Below, one piece after another: positions 1 to 12,539 of a stretch of 64,000 nt of DNA; position 1 is the stretch's first letter; the number at the start of each line of letters is the position of its first letter. The position numbers were made by a program, and so were the translations under genes. Source of the DNA: Eledone cirrhosa (Eukaryota); NCBI GenBank assembly GCA_964016885.1, contig OZ024755.1, forward strand, positions 27,962,001 to 28,026,000, written 5' to 3'. Under the pieces are notes generated by a model. The model saw only the letters and a list, made by a program, of their open reading frames with translations. It did no database searches and was not told where the DNA came from.

Positions 1-83
1 ATATATATATATATGTATATATATATATGTATGTATGTATGTACATATATATATATATGTATATATATATATGTATGTATGTA

Positions 84-121
<38 letters not shown>

Positions 122-206
122 CATATATATATATATATATATATGTACGTACATACATATATATATATATATATACACACAGACACACACACACACATAT
201 ATATAT
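1..206. repeat. (TA)n/(TATG)n/(CA)n compound microsatellite
   Basis: Simple dinucleotide and tetranucleotide repeats read directly. Confidence 0.97.
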
Positions 207-411
207 ATAGGAACGAGTAGGACCCCGACGGCTGAGCTCAAGCTGTTTCGACGGCTAATTCTGAACTAAAATTTAGTCCAGAATTAGCCGTCGAAACGGC
301 TTGAGCTCAGCCGTCGGGGTCCCACTCGTTCCTATTACCCACTCTACTACCCTAAGTATTGAGTACTTTGGTGCGTTATGGTCTACCTGGTTCCTTACCA
401 CATTTCTTTCG

Positions 412-413
<2 letters not shown>
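207..413 (+). mobile_element. Family A foldback element (probable PLE pseudo-LTR end) in (TA)n
   Basis: Inverted arms 207-270 and 272-335 (3 mismatches), then a one-sided 78-bp tail TACCCACTCTAC...CTTTCGTT. Both sides are (TA)n. The same family recurs at 7-8 other sites. Confidence 0.85.
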
Positions 414-448
<35 letters not shown>

Positions 449-497
449 AATAATATAACAAGGACTATTGGTTACTCCTTCATTACGTTTATTGGTT

Positions 498-582
498 GGT
501 AACGCGCGTTTCTCCACTGACCAGCTCAAGATTCGATCTGTATAGATCTGACCTGACTCTGTAATCTGCGGCTCGTCAGACC
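498..582 (-). ncRNA. Type I hammerhead ribozyme with extended stem II (family R)
   Basis: Reverse complement reads GGU CUGACGA [~60-nt stem II domain] GAAA CGCGCG UU ACC. Stem I is GGU/ACC and stem III is palindromic ACGCGCGU. Confidence 0.72.
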
Positions 583-645
583 CCTTGTAAATGTTAATAT
601 AATATATATATATATAGTTATGTAATAAACAACATAAGATAATTA

Positions 646-705
646 TTTCATTTACCAGTGGTTTCTTGAAAGCAAACAAATCTGCTTTCAGTCATCAGAA
701 TGAAA
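646..705 (-). ncRNA. Type I hammerhead ribozyme (family S)
   Basis: Reverse complement reads UUUCAUU CUGAUGA C-UGAAAGCAGA UUUG UUUGCUUUCA-A GAAA CCACUGG UA AAUGAAA. Stem I is 7 bp, stem II 10 bp, and the cleavage triplet is GUA. Confidence 0.88.
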
Positions 706-757
706 AAATTCTGGTATTTTTATTGAATGTGGATTTGAAAACAAAAATATCAGTATG

Positions 758-857
<100 letters not shown>

Positions 858-962
858 GTGTATATTTAAAGGTTAAACAAGGTTCAATGAATAAATCAAA
901 GAATAAAGTTTTACAATAGATTAGAAGCACTCCACAGTAATGGTTTTCCGGAGTTGTTAATT

Positions 963-1245
963 TTAATTCAAAATATTAACAAAAATAGACATTCGTGTGA
1001 TCAAGTATATTTTATTATACATATTTCAGAGGTACTGAGCTATCTTCAACAGTACGTCCTCATCAGATAAAATAAGATGATGCATGACATACCCTGACTA
1101 AGTAGATGGTTAAAATTCAGTCATGCATCATCTTATTTTATCTGATGAGGACGTACTGTTGAAGATAGTTCAGTACCTCTGAAATATGTATAATAAAATA
1201 TACTTGATCACACGAATGTCTATTTTTGTTAATATTTTGAATTAA
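963..1245. mobile_element. Family B foldback element (126-bp arms, 31-nt loop) with a hammerhead in each arm
   Basis: Arms 963-1088 and 1120-1245 are reverse complements with 1 mismatch. A tail lies at about 866-962 and the element is flanked by (TA)n. Confidence 0.88.
1134..1200 (+). ncRNA. Type I hammerhead ribozyme (family B); mirror copy at 1008-1074 on the - strand
   Basis: UAUUUUAU CUGAUGA GGACGUACUG...CAGUACCUCU GAAA UAUGUA UA AUAAAAUA. Stem I is 8 bp and the triplet is AUA. Confidence 0.82.
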
Positions 1246-1252
1246 TATAATG

Positions 1253-1283
<31 letters not shown>

Positions 1284-2038
1284 AATCAACAAACATTGAG
1301 CTATCTCTTGTACTATCATTTCCCTAATGCGACGAGTGTGTTTGACTCTAATACACTCAAGTATTTTTATCTTATATATATATATATATATATATACATA
1401 TATATCCCCCCTCTCTATCTATATATATATATATATATAAACATACATACACAGCAGACACACACTCAGATGTAGACACAAACACCACACGCCTATAAAC
1501 CTGTGTACATTCGCACACATAAAGGCACATGCTCACACATATATTTTTACCCATGTCTTTCACTGTTATTTTATTGCAGTCTCTGCATTAGTATGATGTC
1601 TCCTCAATCGTCGTCTTTTTTTTTATTATTTTTTTTTTTAAATATGTCTATTTTTACCTGGTGTTTGTCATATTTTTATCTTTGCTACTAGTTGTCTTTG
1701 CAGACTAATGTAATATTCGTACTGTAGAGTCAAGGAAATAAAACTCAAAATAGAATATCTAATATATCGTTTCTCATATTAATTCAATTCTTCGTTCCTT
1801 CCCAACATTCGTACACCATTGTCTTTTTCATTTTATACTCCTAAACTATATGCGTCAATTGTTGTTGTTGTTTTTCCATGCTCTTTTCTTGGCAAGCACT
1901 TCTTTAGTCATATTTCTCTTAAATTATTATATTTTCTTGTGAATTTATCTCTTTCAAACGTGGTACGCATTACGCTATTTTCCCCCATCCTTGCACACAC
2001 GCATAAATTACAGACATGTGTAAATATTCGCGCCTGCG

Positions 2039-2253
<215 letters not shown>

Positions 2254-2998
2254 GAAAAGTAAAGAATGACTTCACTTGTAGTTGGTATTCTACAACAATT
2301 TAGTTTTATAATTTTGCAATTTTACAATTTTGCTCTGTAGATCTAATAACTTCGGTGGATTTCTTTTCTAAAATCCTGGAGAACTTTCTCGTAATTTGAC
2401 GGTGGCGATTGTCACACTGATTTAAAGCCATACTTTGTTGGTGTAGATATATAGAATTTGGGTGTGTGTCTGGAGAAGTGTTAATGAAGTTTGAAGTACG
2501 TCATCTTTTGATGACAAGAAAATGAAAACAAACAAAAATAAAGGTGATTAATGGGGAGTGGTGTAAGAGGTGTTGGGACTGTAGGAGACGTTGTAATGGT
2601 CAGATTTACTTCAGTGGACTTTGGTGAAGAAATAAGATAATAATCAAAATATACAACAAAGTTAGTGAGCGTTTAATACGTTTGTTGAGAGAGCAGTATG
2701 CGTTGTTGTCGGTTTAGAAGTGCTGAAAATTTACAAATACAAGTCAGATTTCCCTCAGTTGCCTTTGGTGAATAAATAAGAATAAAGTTAATGAGTGTTT
2801 AACTTTTTGTTGAGAGAAATGTGTGGTGTTGTTGGTTTAGAAGTGGTGGTGAAAATGCCCTCATACATACTCACATACATATCTCCCTACATATTCATAT
2901 ACATACATCTATATATATATATTCGCATACATATCCTCACGCACTCATCACTCATGCATTTATTAATATATACATATACATAATGCATTCTCCTACAT

Positions 2999-3054
<56 letters not shown>

Positions 3055-3420
3055 ATATGTACATACGTAAATGTACGTATATATGCGTGTACACACATAC
3101 ATTTACATACATGCATGTGTACACACACACACACACACACATAATTATATATAATACATACATAGATATACATATGAGAGTGTAAATGTTTGCTTGAAGC
3201 ATTGTGGGAAAATGAAAAATAGTCGTTTTGTAAGCCCCTACAATACAGACAAGTAAATCTCCGTCTAACAAAATGAGGGAGCCGTAGGAGGAGAGAGATA
3301 TAGGACACGTGACAAGAGAAGAAACTGGAACATTATTCTTTGAAAATCCCTTACACTCTGAAGAGGGGATGTTAAGATCCGAAATCTTAGGAAAGAAGAC
3401 CCAACATCAAAAATAATAAT

Positions 3421-3604
3421 AATAATTGTTTCTATTTTTGGCACAAGGCCAGCAATTATCCCAGTGCATTACTGGTACTTTATTTTATCGACCCTGTAAG
3501 GATGAAAGGCAAAGTTAACCTCGGCGGGATTGAACTCAGACGGTAAATTCTATGCTGCAAAGCATGGTGTCCGGCCCTCTACTGATACTGCCAATCCACC
3601 GCCC
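3421..3604 (-). mobile_element. tRNA-derived SINE, family 1 (~190 bp; central GCCTTTCATCCTTACGGGGTCGATAAAATAAAGTACCAG)
   Basis: Reverse complement has an A-box-like TGGCAGTATCAGTAG, a B-box-like GAGTTCAATCCC and an AAACAATTATT tail. There are many copies in the window. Confidence 0.9.
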
Positions 3605-4057
3605 TTATAATAATAATAATTGTTTCTACTTTTGGAACAAGGTCAGCAATTACCCAGTAATAATAATACCCTTATAATAATAATACCAGGAAACTTACTT
3701 TTTCGTTACCTTCATCTTACAGTTTATTTTGCATTGGTTAGCTTTATATCTCTTTCGACATTATATATCTTATACAATGCTTCAAGCAAACTACAATATT
3801 GTATATTTGAATATTTATGGTAAGTTTCAATTACATAGAACTACTGTTTTTCCTAAACTTAGAGAACATACATCTGAAAAAATGAACTGTGAAGAATACC
3901 CACTTGCACTGCCTACAGAAAACTAAAAGTTTATTTTTATGCCTACATGTCAGTGATTCCTGTCATCTCATCCTAGAATATATAGCCACACGTTTCCTTC
4001 ATCAGAGAAATATTGCAAAGGCTGCCCAATATGACATACGTAATGTAAAACAAAATA

Positions 4058-4345
4058 TGGAGGCAAGTGGCCTAGTGGAAAGGTAAAGGTGTTAGACTTA
4101 CGATGATACTGTAGTGAGTTCGATTTCTGGGTTGCGTGTTGTGTTCTTGAGCAAAACACTTCATTTCATGTTGCTCCAGCATACTCAACTGAAAATGGTT
4201 ACCAGCAATAGCTAGGGGTTTAATCCTGCGATGGACTGGCGTCCTGTCCAGGGAGAAATCTTGTACTCTCAGTTGCTTCACGCCATGAAACCGGGATAAG
4301 TACCGGCCAAATGAGGCTTCTGGCTTAAAACACTTTCAACTTTAG
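4058..4345 (+). mobile_element. tRNA-derived CORE-type SINE (family 2)
   Basis: TGGCCTAGTGG A-box, GAGTTCGATTTC B-box and CORE-like TGTGTTCTTGAGCAAAACACTT. A homolog lies at 54796-55070. Confidence 0.8.
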
Positions 4346-4589
4346 AATGTAAATACCTGAAATGCGCATTCCAATTTGCATGAGGTTATTAATATTCCTT
4401 TCTACACTGAGGCGTAGAGTAGATATAATCAGATTAGGAATATTTTGCATACGTCATTCAAAGTACTCAGCGTTTCTTTTACTTTAATTTAAAGAATCAT
4501 CATAAAAATAACTGATATTTTCGAAAACTCTTCACCTGTATTTAGAAATACACTTTTAGTCGACACACACAACCTTGTAAATATTATGA

Positions 4590-4872
4590 ACTTTGCCTTT
4601 CCTCCTTACGGGGTCGATAAAATAAAGTACCAGTAATGCACTGGGTAATTGCTGGCCTTGTGCCATAAGTACAAACAATTATTTGTGGATTGGCAGCATC
4701 GGTAGATGGTCGGACGCCTTGCTTTGACGCATAGAGTTACAGCCCTTGCTATTCTGAGTTCAAATCCCGCCGAGGTTATCTTTGCCTTTCATCCTTACGG
4801 GGTCGATAAAATAAAGTACCAGTAATGCACTGGGAAATTGCTGGCCATGTGCCAAAAGTAGAAACAATTATT
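4590..4872 (+). mobile_element. SINE family 1, partial plus full copy in tandem
   Basis: Two GGGGTCGATAAAATAAAGTACCAG cores head to tail. Confidence 0.88.
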
Positions 4873-5213
4873 TGTGTCTCTTTATCCTGTGTCCTTTCTT
4901 TCTCTACTCTTAATCTATTTCTCTGACAATCTCATTGACAACCTTCCTACTTGTGTATTTTCCTTCTTTCCTGTGTGTTATCAGTATTAATAGATGCCAT
5001 TTGAAACAAAAGATTCATATATTGTTATAATTCATTTCTGCTTCTTTCGTACACACAGATAGGGATACGCTGAGGGAGGATTAAGTCGGCAGATAAGACT
5101 ATGAAATGAGGGATCAAATATAGGATTAATTTCTTAGATAAACCAGATTTAAAAAACAAATTCGATAAATAAATATAATATCCCTAGTATCAGCATTACA
5201 ACAACAAACACTA

Positions 5214-6206
5214 ACCACTACCACCACCACTTCAACCAGTACTACTATCACCAGCACCACTACCACAACCACTTCAACCAGCACTACTATCACCAGCACC
5301 ACTACCACCACCACTTCAACCACCACTTCAACCAGCACTACTATCACCACCACTACAACCAGCACCACTACCACCATCACTTCAACCAGCACTACTATCA
5401 CCAGCACCACTACAACTACAACCAGCACCACAACCACCACTTCCACTAAATCCAGCACCACTACCACCACTACAAGCAGCACCACCACCACTACAACCAG
5501 CACCACTACAACCAGCACCACTACCACCAGCACCACTACAGCCAACACCACTACATCCAGCACCACTACATCCAGCACCACTACAACCAACACCACTACA
5601 ACCAACACCACTACAACCAGTGCCACTACAACCAGTGCCACTACAACCAACACCACTACATCCAGCACCACTACAACCAACACCACTACAACCAACACCA
5701 CTACATCCAGCACCACTACAACCAACACCACTACAACCAACACCACTACAACTAACACCACTACAACCAGTGCCACCACCACCACCACCACCACTACCAC
5801 CACCACCAACACTACAACCAGCATCACTTCAACAAGCATCACGATCACTACAACCACCACCGCAACTACCACCACCACTACCACCAGCACCAACACTAAA
5901 ACCAGCACCACTTCAACAAGCACCACTACCACCACCACCACCACTACCACTACCACCACCACCACCACTACCACTACCACCACCACCACCAACACTACAA
6001 CCAGCACCAATACCACAACCACCACTACCACTAAATCCAGCACCACCACAACCAACAACACTATCACCACTACCGCCACCTCCACTACTACCTCCACTAC
6101 CTCAACCAGCACCACAACCACCACCCCTATTAAATCCACCACAACCACCACTACCACCCCCACTAAATCCACCACTACCACTACCGCCCCCACTAAATTC
6201 ACCAGC
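5214..6206. repeat. Compound trinucleotide repeat (ACC/ACT/ACA/AGC)n with 18-bp higher-order units
   Basis: Units such as CACCACTACAACCAGCAC. It explains the Val-rich and Pro-rich ORFs. Confidence 0.9.
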
Positions 6207-6208
6207 AA

Positions 6209-6480
6209 ATACCCAGTGCATTGCTGGTACTTTATTTTATCGACCCCGTAAGGATGAAAGGCAAGGTAAACCTCGGCCGGATTACTTTGAATAAATAATT
6301 GTTTCTACTTTAGGCACAAGGCCAGCAATCACCCAGTGCATTACTGGTACTTTATTTTATCGACCCCGTAAGGATGAAAGGCAAAGTCAACCTCGGCGGG
6401 ATTTGAACTCAGATCGTAATGGAACGTAACTATGCTGGAAAGCATGGTATCCAACCCTCTACCGATACTGCCAATCCACT
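6209..6480 (-). mobile_element. SINE family 1, partial plus full copy
   Basis: Two reverse-complement cores CTGGTACTTTATTTTATCGACCCCGTAAGGATGAAAGGC. Confidence 0.88.
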
Positions 6481-7637
6481 GAATATTACATAGTTTATCT
6501 ACTAAATTTCATAGCTGTTGATTACACATAAATATTCTCATATATAATTGTTTCTACTTTTGGCACAAGGCCAGCAAATATTCAGTGTATTACTGGTACT
6601 TTAATGATTGCTTAATTTAAGAGTGACTTCTTTTAAAATGTTCAAATGTCAATACTTCTGCTTATGCTATAACGTATGCTATATCACATCGCTTATATAA
6701 ACGTTGATATATTTGCGTCGTTATATCATAACATTTATATTTCTGTCACTAATTTTCTCCATTTTCGTTTTCATTACATTTCACCGTAATGCAGTTTATA
6801 TATAATATCGTCTTTTTAAAATATATCATGGATTACTTTACTGATTACAGAAGAAAGTGTAACACAGTCTCTCTTCAAATTCTGTACATATTGTCAATTA
6901 TGATTTTATTTGATGTATCATATTTACATGCATATATATTTGCATATAATATCAATATACACACTACACAAGCGCTAGCAGCAAACCCTCCCTTAAGTTG
7001 TTTTTTCTATTAGTGGTTTTAAAGTTTAACGAGAGAATTACAGTATAATTTCTGTCTCTCTGAATCCCAACCTATTGACTAGTAGATTTAATTGTCACCC
7101 GTTTTAATGCCATCAGTTTTACCTTGGATCTGTGTGGTAATGGCGAAGTTAGGTTTCATGAAACATAATTCCATAGACAAAGAAAACTATCAAATATCTA
7201 TTCTTAAATCAAAGAAGTGCGACAGAGAAGGGTTCTGAAGAATTTGATGGTTCCAAAATAAAGATTTGAGAGTAGAAAATTATATTCAGTTATAGTTGCA
7301 GAAGAAGAGTTTGTGGTGTGACATTTTGGGGATGCTTATATTAAAATGTAAGGTACGATTTACTCAAACATATATAAGAAAGGTTGATCAAAGCATGATA
7401 TTTCACAAAATATGGGAATATAACATCGTTGAACAACCCAAGGACTGGCTACACGACAGCAATAGCGTGATTTTTAAGGGTCCACATATCTTTAATATTT
7501 TGCAAACCCCATGATAGATCTATATGGACTGCGAGTAGATGTTTTCAAGAAGCCTATCGACATTTTGCTGTACGAGAACAAGATTAGCCTAAATCACACT
7601 AAACATTTAAATTCAAGATGAAGATTTTATAGACACA

Positions 7638-7985
7638 AATAATTGTTCTACTTTTGGCATAAGGCCAGCAATTATCCCAGTGCATTACTGGTACTTTATT
7701 TTATCTTTTATCGACCCCGTAAGGATGAAAGGCAAAGTTAACCTTGGTGGGATTTGAACTCAGAATGTAAAGGGCTATAACTCCATGCTGCAAAGCATTG
7801 TGCCTGACCCTCTACCGATACTGCCAATCCACAGCCAAATAATTGTTTCTACTTTTGGCTCAAGGCCAGTAATTACCCCAGTGTATTACTGGTACTTTAT
7901 TTTATCGACCCCGTAAGGATGAAAGGCAAAGTTAACCTCGGCAGGATTTGAACGCAGAACATGAAAGGCTATAACTCTATGTTCC
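7638..7985 (-). mobile_element. SINE family 1, two tandem copies
   Basis: Two cores separated by an AATAATTGTTTCTAC tail junction. Confidence 0.88.
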
Positions 7986-9444
7986 ATACGTTTGCTCAAA
8001 CAGTACATCATAGAGTGTCACAGAGAGGCAAGAGAACCAGGTTCTAATCACTAATCTTTTAAGATTTTTCAATACGCAGTGATCCAACATTTCTTCTATA
8101 TGAAGTTGGCTATGATTTGGGGGAGCACGGTGTGTTCTTTCCATTCGATGAGAGACAATGCGACTCTGATGCGTTGAGAGCCAATATATCCTTGACAGGA
8201 TCCGTCTAAAAATACCTTTGTAGCTATTTGTTCATAGGCGTCTCTGCGCCAGCCCCGTGGGAATCAAATAATGAAATTTACATAGAAATGCATTCATAAG
8301 GATTCCGCATGTTTCATTGACGTTCGTAAGAAGACATATGTTTGTTCGTACCATCTCTAGTTCAGTCGCTATCTAACCGGATCGGATTGGCCTACCTTGA
8401 GTTCTTTAGTTACGTAAAGAAACCCTCATAGCATTCAAATCGTCGAATAGCGATATTGAAACTATCTTTGATCTCGCAACATTTGATTAACATATTAGTT
8501 TACATCACTTCTATATTTTAACATTTAATCATATTAAATTCCTAACTTCAAAGAAAGGACAATAACATTTCCTTCAAATAAAAATATCAGGAATTCCAGA
8601 CCATGATAACGCTTTGGAAATATAATGTCAATTCTCCTTACATGTAGACAGATAAAAGATTAAAGTTTTATCTTAGACAATATTTCTGTCTTTTAAAGTT
8701 TACTATCAAAAATACTTTCCTGGAAAAGAATTGCGACCACCATAAATGTTTAGGCCGTGTATAAAATATTTTCGATGTATCTGTTGATGGAATTGAAGAA
8801 GTCGTTGAAACTAAAACTTCAGAGTTGACCTCTTCATATATATTTATATATCAACGAGAATATGCTCAACTTTGAATGAAATAATCAACAAAGAAATAAA
8901 TTGAACTTCACAAGATAGTCAATCGATGTGAGTATCACTATATTCGCTCTCATCGCAATTGGATAATGTCATAAAAACTATTGCAAGATCAGCCGGGTCA
9001 ATAAACTGGTAGATTGCTTTTATTAAATTGATATTCGATATCATTCGTTGTACCATACTAATAATTCAATTTCACGAAATGGTATATCTAACTGTCGAGG
9101 CGAAGTATTTGTTTTGAAAAAGTTTTTTGATATGAAATCGTGTGTTGAAACAGGTGTGGTAATGTTTTGAGTTTTCATGGGATGTACGCATTTCCGTTTG
9201 TAGAGTATTAGGAACACAACGGGGGGAACCATGATAATCATTGATGATGTCACAGATATGTGTAACGAAAGAACTCCGAGAAACTGTATTTAAATTTATA
9301 TTTTTAACATTTGGTCAATCAATGATATCTATAATAGATCTATATGGTCTGCGAGAAGTCTATCGATATTTTGCTGTTCGAGAACCAGATTAGCCTAAAA
9401 CACACTAAACATTTAAAGATTGATATGAAGATTGTATAATCACA

Positions 9445-10085
9445 AATAGTTTCTACTTTTGGCACAAGGCCAGCAATTATACCCAGTGCATTACTGGTAC
9501 TTTATTTTATCGACTCGGTAAGGATGAAAGGCAAAGCTAACCTCGACGGGATTTGAAGTCAGAACGTAAAGGGACGTACCTCTATGCTGCAATGCATAAT
9601 GTCCGACGCTCTACCGATACTGCCAATCGATGGCTTTACTAATTAAAATGAAATGCAAAGCACGCCTTTACTAATTAATAATTGTTTCTACTTTTGGCAC
9701 AAGGCCAGCAATTATCCCAATACATTACTGGTACTTTATTTTATCGACCACGTAAGGATGAAAGGCAAAGTTAACCTCGGCGGGATTTGAACTCAGACTG
9801 TAAAGGGACGTAACTGTGCTGCAAAGCATGGCGTCCGACCCTCTACCGATACTGCCAATCCACCGCCTTTACTAATTAATAATTGTTTCTATTTTGGGCA
9901 CAAGGCCAGTAATTATCCAGTACATTACTGGTACTTTATTTTATCGACCCCGTAAGGATGAAAGGCAAAGTTAACCTCGGCGGGATTTGAACTCAGACCG
10001 TAAAGGGCCGTAACTGTATGCTGCAAAACATGGCGTCCGACCCTCAACTGATACTGCCAGTTCACCGCCCTTTACTAATTAATAA
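9445..10085 (-). mobile_element. SINE family 1, three tandem copies
   Basis: Three cores with the repeated junction CGCCTTTACTAATTAATAAT. Confidence 0.9.
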
Positions 10086-10904
10086 TAAATGCTGCACAGA
10101 TTCACAGTGTGGTTGTGAAAACCTCGAACATCATGTAGTCGTCCTTCTCCTCTGTAAATATTCGGTTTCTTTTAAACAAAGAAATCAATACGTACACGTA
10201 GATACTTACACTGACACTCAGACAAATGCATACACAAACCTACACACACAACCCCCCCCCCCGCACCACACGCACACGCACACACGCACTCTCACTCTCT
10301 CACACACACACACACATACACACACACGCGCACACACACACACACCACACACACACATACACACCACACACACACATACACACACACAGACAGACAGACA
10401 CACACATACACACATACACACACACACGGACAAACACACACATACACACACAGACAGACAGACAGACAGACACACACACACACACATGTTTGTTTTTTTA
10501 TATGATTGTCGGTGTGTCTTTGTCTGTGCGCTCGGATGCCGGTGTGTGTGTGTGTGTGCACGAATCTTTATTGGCACAAGTTTTGACATTTGGACTACGT
10601 AAGTAGCTAACACTTATGCTGGTTTGATATACTGTGACAGCTATTTCCCGCTTTCTACGCCCACACAACTTTCGATTACGCTTTGACTTGAAACGATGTC
10701 AAGTGGTATTGATATATCAGACATAGTAAGAATTATACTGATATCTCCTCATTTGACTCTCGTGGACTCTCGTGTCAATCTCATCAACTAGCCGATAGAG
10801 TAGTTCCCAATTGAGCTAAAGTTACAAACGCTATTCGTTATGAATATGCATAAAAAGATGTATATAAAACGTTCAAACATAAATGATACACGCACACACA
10901 CACA

Positions 10905-10955
<51 letters not shown>

Positions 10956-10991
10956 TACATACACGCATATTATATATATATATATATATAT

Positions 10992-11179
10992 GAACAAGTA
11001 AGACCCCGACGGCTGAGCTCAAGCCGTTTCGACAGCTAATTCAGTACAGAATTAGCCGTCGAAACGGCTTGAGCTCAGCCGTCGGGGTCTTACTTGTTCC
11101 TATTACCCACTCTACTACCCTAAGTATTGAGTACTTTGGTGCGTTATGGTCCACCTGGTTCCTTACCACATTTCCTTCG

Positions 11180-11181
<2 letters not shown>
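10992..11181 (+). mobile_element. Family A foldback element
   Basis: Arms GAACAAGTAAGACCCC... and ...GGGGTCTTACTTGTTC, axis at about 11045, tail to 11181, (TA)n flanks. Confidence 0.85.
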
Positions 11182-11239
<58 letters not shown>

Positions 11240-11281
11240 CTTCAAAATATTAATAAATATAGACATTCATGTGATCAAATA

Positions 11282-11347
11282 TATTTTATTATACATATTT
11301 CAGAGGTACTGAGCTATTTCATCAGTACGTCCTCATCAGATAAAATA
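11282..11347 (-). ncRNA. Type I hammerhead ribozyme (family B, solo copy in an element at about 11240-11490)
   Basis: Reverse complement reads UAUUUUAU CUGAUGA GGACGUACUGAUGAAAUAGCUCAGUACCUCU GAAA UAUGUA UA AUAAAAUA. It is homologous to 1134-1200 with a different stem II loop. Confidence 0.8.
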
Positions 11348-12539
11348 GATTGATGTCTGACATACATCAACTGTGCTGATGGTTCAATTCCAGTCTTGGC
11401 AGTGATTAGTTATGACAAAACTCAATATTTATATACCATAAATTGTAACAAACTCCATATAATAAAGAGAGTACGTAGGAAAATGTGTATAAAAATATAT
11501 AATAATTGTTTCTACTTTAGGCACAAGGTCAGCAGTTACCCAATGCATTACTGGTACTTTATATAATATATAATAATAAAATATATATAAATGTATAATA
11601 TATAAATATATAAATATATAATAAAATATATAATATATAATAATAAATATATAATAATAAATATATAATAATAAATATATAATAATAAATATATAATAAT
11701 AAATATATAATAATAAATATAATAAGTATATATAAATAAGTATATATAAAGGCAAATAATAAATATAAACATAAAACTACATAACTGTTAAAATTTTAAA
11801 TAATAAAATATGTATACCTCCGTATTATAGAAGGAGTAAATGAGAGAGGGAGAGGGCTAACAGGAGGAGAGAGAGAAAAGGAAAGAGAGATGATAGTAAA
11901 AACAAAGAAAGGGAGATATGTGTGGTAACATATAATTACATAAGGAGAAGGAGAATCAAGGTATATGGTGGGTGACAGTTTTTTTTTCAAATATAAATTT
12001 AATTAGAAATAATCAATTAGTTAAATAACTTGAAATGCTTCGACTATAATATTTGAAAGAACCTATATTATTGTATTATATCAAAAAATTAAGACAAATA
12101 TAAAGTGAAAAAGATAATTTAACATAATTCCAAGGGTAATCAAAAGTATATTTAAATTATTAAATATAGTCAATAATTTAGTTAAAAAGATTAAAATTAA
12201 AATTTAAAATGTTATTAACTAACCATAAAGCTTATAAATGTAGTAAATATGATATTTTTAAAGCAGATTTATTTAGATATAAGCATTTGTATAGTTCATA
12301 TATAAACTATAAGATTTAAATCGATATTTGTCAATTATATATGATATTAATTATTAGTTGTAATTACACTTAAGAGTGTTATAGATTTGATTTAACTAGA
12401 TTTTACTGTATTCAAAATTATACATCAAGTTAAGTATAGATTATTAATCAATTTAGATAAAACGAAACTTTTATACGATAAATGTAAACAATATCCTCCT
12501 AAGACGTAAACAAACATCATCATCATCATCATCATTTTT

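Noticed and set aside
3358-3392. CTGAAGAGGGGAT...ATCCGAAATCTTA possible hammerhead
   Set aside because: Stems I and III do not pair convincingly and the orientation is opposite to the nearby tail motif, so it is left uncalled.
5126-6294. 360-aa Val-rich and 224-aa Pro-rich ORFs
   Set aside because: They are alternative frames of a trinucleotide repeat running into SINE sequence.
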